Positions 37,039 to 39,968 of a stretch of 39,968 nt of DNA are shown piece after piece (positions within the stretch are counted from its first letter, which is position 1; each line of letters opens with the position of its first letter). Both the position numbers and the translations under genes were made by a program. The stretch lies in sequence record OQ680138.1. One strand, 5' to 3'. The notes under the pieces were generated by a model. The model had not been told where the DNA came from and ran no database searches. It saw only the letters and a program-made list of their open reading frames with translations. The DNA is from Escherichia phage PH1061.

Positions 37039-37217
37039 ACCCCCGGTTACTTATAGTATTACTGTAGTGAATATACATATGCAGACTTTATGCAAGACCT
37101 TAGGAGGCAGACTCCGAGTTCTTACCTAAGGCTTGCACCGATGGAAGGAGGTGATATTAATCATAATACCTCCAATACAGATAGTCACCGACCATAGATA
37201 CAGGAGGTATGTAGCAT

Positions 37218-37376
37218 ATGGCAAAGACCAAAGCTGTACTTAAAGCTCTGGCGACCAATCGAGCTACATACAGGTTTCTTGCTGCTGTTCTACTTGCTGC
37301 TGGCGTTACTGCTGGAAGTCAGTGGGTCGGGTGGGTCGAGACTCTCGTATGTTCTCTGGTCTCTCAGTGTAATTAA
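37218..37376 (+). CDS. Small hydrophobic protein, 52 aa (gene 19.5 position)
   Basis: Strong RBS AGGAGGT before ATG; predicted TM segment; below track cutoff. Confidence 0.6.
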   Translation: MAKTKAVLKALATNRATYRFLAAVLLAAGVTAGSQWVGWVETLVCSLVSQCN

Positions 37377-37437
37377 CGCAATCATGGTAACGATTCATGA
37401 AAGGAGGTAGTATGATCGGTTATGGCGAAGGCTGAAG

Positions 37438-37581
37438 ACCTAAGGTCAGTTCATAGCTGACGCTACTCTACTGACCTTAGCTACTGTAGTCAAGGACCTA
37501 AAGTAACACTATAGCAGTCCATGGTCTATCCCAAGGTCTCTGACCTACGGTATTGCCTACAGTAGCAGGGACTCCTAAGGA
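37438..37581. repeat. Array of degenerate heptamers (CCTAAGG, CCTAAAG, CCTACGG, CCTACAG) preceding the predicted right terminal repeat
   Basis: Read from sequence; analogous to T7 CCTAAAG short-repeat arrays flanking the terminal repeat. Confidence 0.6.
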
Positions 37582-37618
37582 GGGACGATGAGTTTTGGAC
37601 CAAAAGTTTGAGACCACA

Positions 37619-37825
37619 TCTCACAGTTCAAGAACCTCAAGTCTCCCCATAGGCCCTCTTTAAGTCCAGACCAAAGGCCCTACCCCAGTCTATCATAAGG
37701 TTAGACCGATGGTCAAGACTTCAGGTCAACGATAGGTCTAGGCTATGGCTGGAGGTCAGGACGATAGGTTGGGACTATGGGTCTTCTTTGAGTCTCTATC
37801 TGTATAGTGTTATAGTATAACATTA
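37619..37825. repeat. Predicted genome left end and terminal-repeat region (collapsed to one copy); begins TCTCACAGTT...
   Basis: TCTCACAG...CCCCATAGG... resembles the T7 left terminus (TCTCACAGTGTACGG...CCCCCATAGGGGG); exact repeat length not determinable from a single copy. Confidence 0.55.
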
Positions 37826-37828
37826 CGT

Positions 37829-37930
37829 CCTACAGCCTACAGTCTCACTAACCTACAGTATCAACCATAAGACACCAACACCTACAGTCATAGACCTACA
37901 GTTAATAGACACAAGGCTATAGACTTACGG
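37829..37930. repeat. Array of at least 5 CCTACAG heptamers plus a CTTACGG variant following the predicted terminal repeat
   Basis: Read from sequence. Confidence 0.7.
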
Positions 37931-38013
37931 TCAAAGACATGTTAGTCAAAGACTATATCCTCTTACACCATGAGGCCGACGATAGCTTAATCAATATTAT
38001 TTAAGATTACCTA

Positions 38014-38043
38014 TTGACTACAGGTCTAGACTATGGCTTAATA
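38014..38043 (+). promoter_or_regulatory. Host sigma70-type early promoter (A1-like): -35 TTGACT, about 17-18 bp spacer, -10 CTTAAT/TTAATA
   Basis: Read from sequence; position as T7 A1. Confidence 0.5.
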
Positions 38044-38154
38044 GCTTCCGTCAACACGACACGGCACCAACCGGATAGTGAAGACGCCGGGTCATCCCGG
38101 TTAAGTAGACAGCCTGATAAGTCATACGAACAACAGGCAGATGACAGAAAGTAG

Positions 38155-38184
38155 TTGACAAGCAGTAACGACTTAACGTAGTAT
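38155..38184 (+). promoter_or_regulatory. Host sigma70-type early promoter (A2-like): -35 TTGACA, 18-bp spacer, -10 TAGTAT
   Basis: Upstream block GGATAGTGAAGACGCCGGG...AGTAGACAGCCTGATAAGTC resembles the T7 A1-A2 region (CAACCGGATAAGTAGACAGCCTGATAAGTCG). Confidence 0.6.
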
Positions 38185-38205
38185 GCACCACATCAAGTCG
38201 TTACG

Positions 38206-38232
38206 ATTGATAAGCAGACAGAAAGTGTTAGC
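38206..38232 (+). promoter_or_regulatory. Possible third early promoter (A3-like), -35 TTGATA with suboptimal -10
   Basis: TTGATAAGCAGACAGAAAG resembles the T7 A3 -35 context; -10 unclear. Confidence 0.3.
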
Positions 38233-38333
38233 TTCCGGAGTTTGAAGTATAAGCGCCCGGGTGTTGTAACGGGTCTGCGCCGCTCTTTAACAATCTGGAT
38301 AAACTCTTAATGTGCGCCGATAGCGACTAACTA

Positions 38334-38365
38334 CAGGGTCTTTGAGTCTACATCTGAAGGCCCTG
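38334..38365 (+). promoter_or_regulatory. R0.3-like RNase III hairpin (9-bp stem CAGGGUCUU / AAGGCCCUG) downstream of the conserved CTCTTTAACAATCTGG box
   Basis: CTCTTTAACAATCTGGATAAA matches T7 CTCTTTAACAATCTGGTAAATAG upstream of gene 0.3. Confidence 0.55.
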
Positions 38366-38413
38366 ACTGATAGTCACTAACACACACACAAACAACTTTG
38401 AGAGGATATAACT

Positions 38414-38923
38414 ATGGAACGTAACGCTAACGCGTACTATGAGCTGCTGGCTGCAACTGTTGAAGCATTTAACGAGTGCATTCAGTACGACAAAATAGCT
38501 GAAGGTGATGACTACCATGATGTGCTGCATGAAGTCGTAGATAGTCATGTTCCGCACTATTACCACGAGATTTTCACGGTGATGGCTGCTGATGGTATAG
38601 ACATTGAGTTTGAGGACACTGGGCTGATGCCTGAGACCAAGGACGTAACGCGTATACTGCAGGCTCGCATCTATGAGGCATTGTATAACGACGTGTCTAA
38701 TAGCTCGGATGTGGTCTGGTTTGAGGCTGAAGAGAGCGACGAGGATGACGAATATTGGGTGGTTGACGCTACGACAGGTGTAATCATTGAGCAAGCTGTA
38801 TCACTTGATGTCGCTACTGCATGTGCCAAAGATCACTATGCGCTAGGTCGCCACCTGAAGGTCGAGGACATCAACGATAACGTAGTGTTCGACCCTGCGG
38901 CTGCTGAAGAGGACTGCGAGTAA
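38414..38923 (+). CDS. 0.3: Ocr-like DNA-mimic anti-restriction protein (gene 0.3) with a roughly 50 aa C-terminal extension, 169 aa
   Basis: [45 protein letters not shown] matches T7 Ocr [45 protein letters not shown]; T7 Ocr is 117 aa. Confidence 0.9.
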   Translation: MERNANAYYELLAATVEAFNECIQYDKIAEGDDYHDVLHEVVDSHVPHYYHEIFTVMAADGIDIEFEDTGLMPETKDVTRILQARIYEALYNDVSNSSDVVWFEAEESDEDDEYWVVDATTGVIIEQAVSLDVATACAKDHYALGRHLKVEDINDNVVFDPAAAEEDCE

Positions 38924-39078
38924 TGGTAACTTATGGTCTCTGCCAGCACCACGTCACCAACGCCCGGATTATAGTAAAGATCGGGCGGTTAAACCACGAT
39001 GAGGCTATGCGTCTACTTAAAGTGGTCTACAGGAGACGCAAGCGTATACACGACAGTTTGCACTCTGAGGACAAGTAA
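38923..39078 (+). CDS. Small early protein, 51 aa, translationally coupled to gene 0.3 (TAATG)
   Basis: Start overlaps the Ocr stop; basic protein; below track cutoff. Confidence 0.45.
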   Translation: MVTYGLCQHHVTNARIIVKIGRLNHDEAMRLLKVVYRRRKRIHDSLHSEDK

Positions 39079-39080
39079 AC

Positions 39081-39206
39081 ATGTGCCAGATAACTTATAG
39101 CAGTGAACAGGCGTTCTACGATGGGTGCTACGAGATGATGAAGCGAGGGGCTTGCTACGTGGCTAATCACCATAGCTTGACCATAACGCTGACTGGTGGG
39201 TACTGA
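39081..39206 (+). CDS. Possible small early protein, 41 aa
   Basis: ATG 3 nt after the previous stop with GAGGA upstream. Confidence 0.3.
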   Translation: MCQITYSSEQAFYDGCYEMMKRGACYVANHHSLTITLTGGY

Positions 39207-39277
39207 GTGATAAACGAGAGGTCATCTGACTGATAGGTGGCCTCAAAGATTATCACTTAAATTGATAGGAGTTAACT

Positions 39278-39382
39278 ATGAGTACTGCAATCATCTGGAC
39301 CATCTCAGGCTTCGTAGCGTGGGGAATGTTTACTCTGGTCAGCAAGCTTCCGGTCATGACTCAACTCTTCTGGGGTTTATGA
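39278..39382 (+). CDS. Small hydrophobic early peptide, 34 aa (MSTAIIWTISGFVAWGMFTLVSKLPVMTQLFWGL)
   Basis: Strong RBS TAGGAG 7 nt before ATG; single predicted TM helix. Confidence 0.5.
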   Translation: MSTAIIWTISGFVAWGMFTLVSKLPVMTQLFWGL

Positions 39383-39582
39383 CTATGAGTCTTGCACTAT
39401 TGATAGCCATATGCTATGGACTTATCGCCTACGTGCTGGGGAGAGACATCAACAAAGCGCGTAAGGTCTACAAATTCAACTATGTACGTCTGGGTCGCTG
39501 GACTGTACGTCAACCTAACGGGCGATTCATGCGCAACTTAGCGAACGTCTGGGATATAGCAACTCTTGGGAGCAAACTGTAA
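39379..39582 (+). CDS. Small early membrane protein, 67 aa
   Basis: ATGA overlap with the preceding peptide; hydrophobic N-terminus SLALLIAICYGLIAYVLG; the track's TTG start at 39262 is less likely. Confidence 0.5.
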   Translation: MTMSLALLIAICYGLIAYVLGRDINKARKVYKFNYVRLGRWTVRQPNGRFMRNLANVWDIATLGSKL

Positions 39583-39908
39583 TGAGTAAATCTTATGGCA
39601 TCAACTTGGTCCATGCATTTGACGCAGACCTTAATCTGCTTTCAGCACTAGCTACAGGCTACCGTCACGGGACCTCAAGTCACACCATTCGTCAACAGCA
39701 GGAGCGTGACCGTGTACTACAGGCACGACTACGGGCCGAGGGACATAAGGCCGAGCTGATGTGTCTGGCGTATGGTGGACGACCAATCACCGACGATGGT
39801 AAACTTCTGGTCTCAGGCTGGAAGGCGATAGACCAACGGTCAACCATCAAGCACACGACTCATGGTGACTTCAGTCATCTTCACGCTAACCCACTGATAT
39901 GCAAGTAA
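39582..39908 (+). CDS. Hypothetical early protein, 108 aa, at the position of T7 gene 0.7; no protein-kinase motifs
   Basis: TAATG coupling with the previous ORF; the 3' end is duplicated at window positions 1..51. Confidence 0.6.
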   Translation: MSKSYGINLVHAFDADLNLLSALATGYRHGTSSHTIRQQQERDRVLQARLRAEGHKAELMCLAYGGRPITDDGKLLVSGWKAIDQRSTIKHTTHGDFSHLHANPLICK

Positions 39909-39913
39909 TTCTG

Positions 39914-39936
39914 ACTTAACTATCACTATAGGACTC
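39914..39936 (+). promoter_or_regulatory. Phage RNAP promoter upstream of the RNAP gene (same element as 57..79)
   Basis: TTAACTATCACTATAGGA. Confidence 0.7.
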
Positions 39937-39968
39937 AAGGTCTAAGACTCCAAGTGAAAGACCAAAGA

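Noticed and set aside
37141-37180. Hairpin GGAGGU...ACCUCC with an SD-like arm, and two 7-codon mini-ORFs with strong SD (37410..37433, 37577..37600)
   Set aside because: Too short to call as genes; the SD-like strings could be chance or structural in the terminal region, with no way to discriminate from sequence alone.
38382-38397. Short CA-rich tract (ACACACACACAAACAAC) before the gene 0.3 RBS
   Set aside because: Only about 5 dinucleotide repeats; most likely an unstructured A/C-rich translation-enhancing leader rather than a repeat element.

Overview
The window is a complete, circularly permuted genome of a strictly lytic T7-like podovirus (Autographiviridae, T7/T3 gene order). Bases 1..111 are identical to 39858..39968, so the unique length is about 39.86 kb and the record was rotated to begin just upstream of the RNA polymerase gene. 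All credible genes are on the + strand; the minus-strand ORFs in the track are shadows inside + strand genes. Protein-level identifications are by my recollection of T7 proteins and by motifs read in the translations; no search was run. Recognised genes run from the early region (Ocr, small early ORFs), through RNA polymerase, gene 1.1, 1.2, ligase, 1.7, gp2, SSB, endonuclease I, lysozyme, primase-helicase, DNA polymerase, 5.5, 5.7 and exonuclease, to the structural and packaging genes 6.7 through 19 and 19.5. A phage-specific promoter consensus (C)TAAACTATCACTATAGG(G)A occurs 11 times in the unique genome, with -11 to -8 reading CTAT rather than T7's GACT or T3's CCCT. The predicted physical left end is near 37619 (TCTCACAG...), with T7-type A1/A2/A3 host promoters and an R0.3-like hairpin before gene 0.3. 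Non-canonical content worth follow-up: four HNH homing endonucleases in two families, an Ocr homolog with a roughly 50 aa C-terminal extension, no gene 0.7 kinase, extra ORFs between genes 1 and 1.1, between 3 and 3.5 and between 11 and 12, a coiled-coil insertion and divergent N-terminus in gp16, and a mosaic tail fiber with an AT-rich C-terminal module. No tRNA, CRISPR, integrase or lysogeny module was seen.
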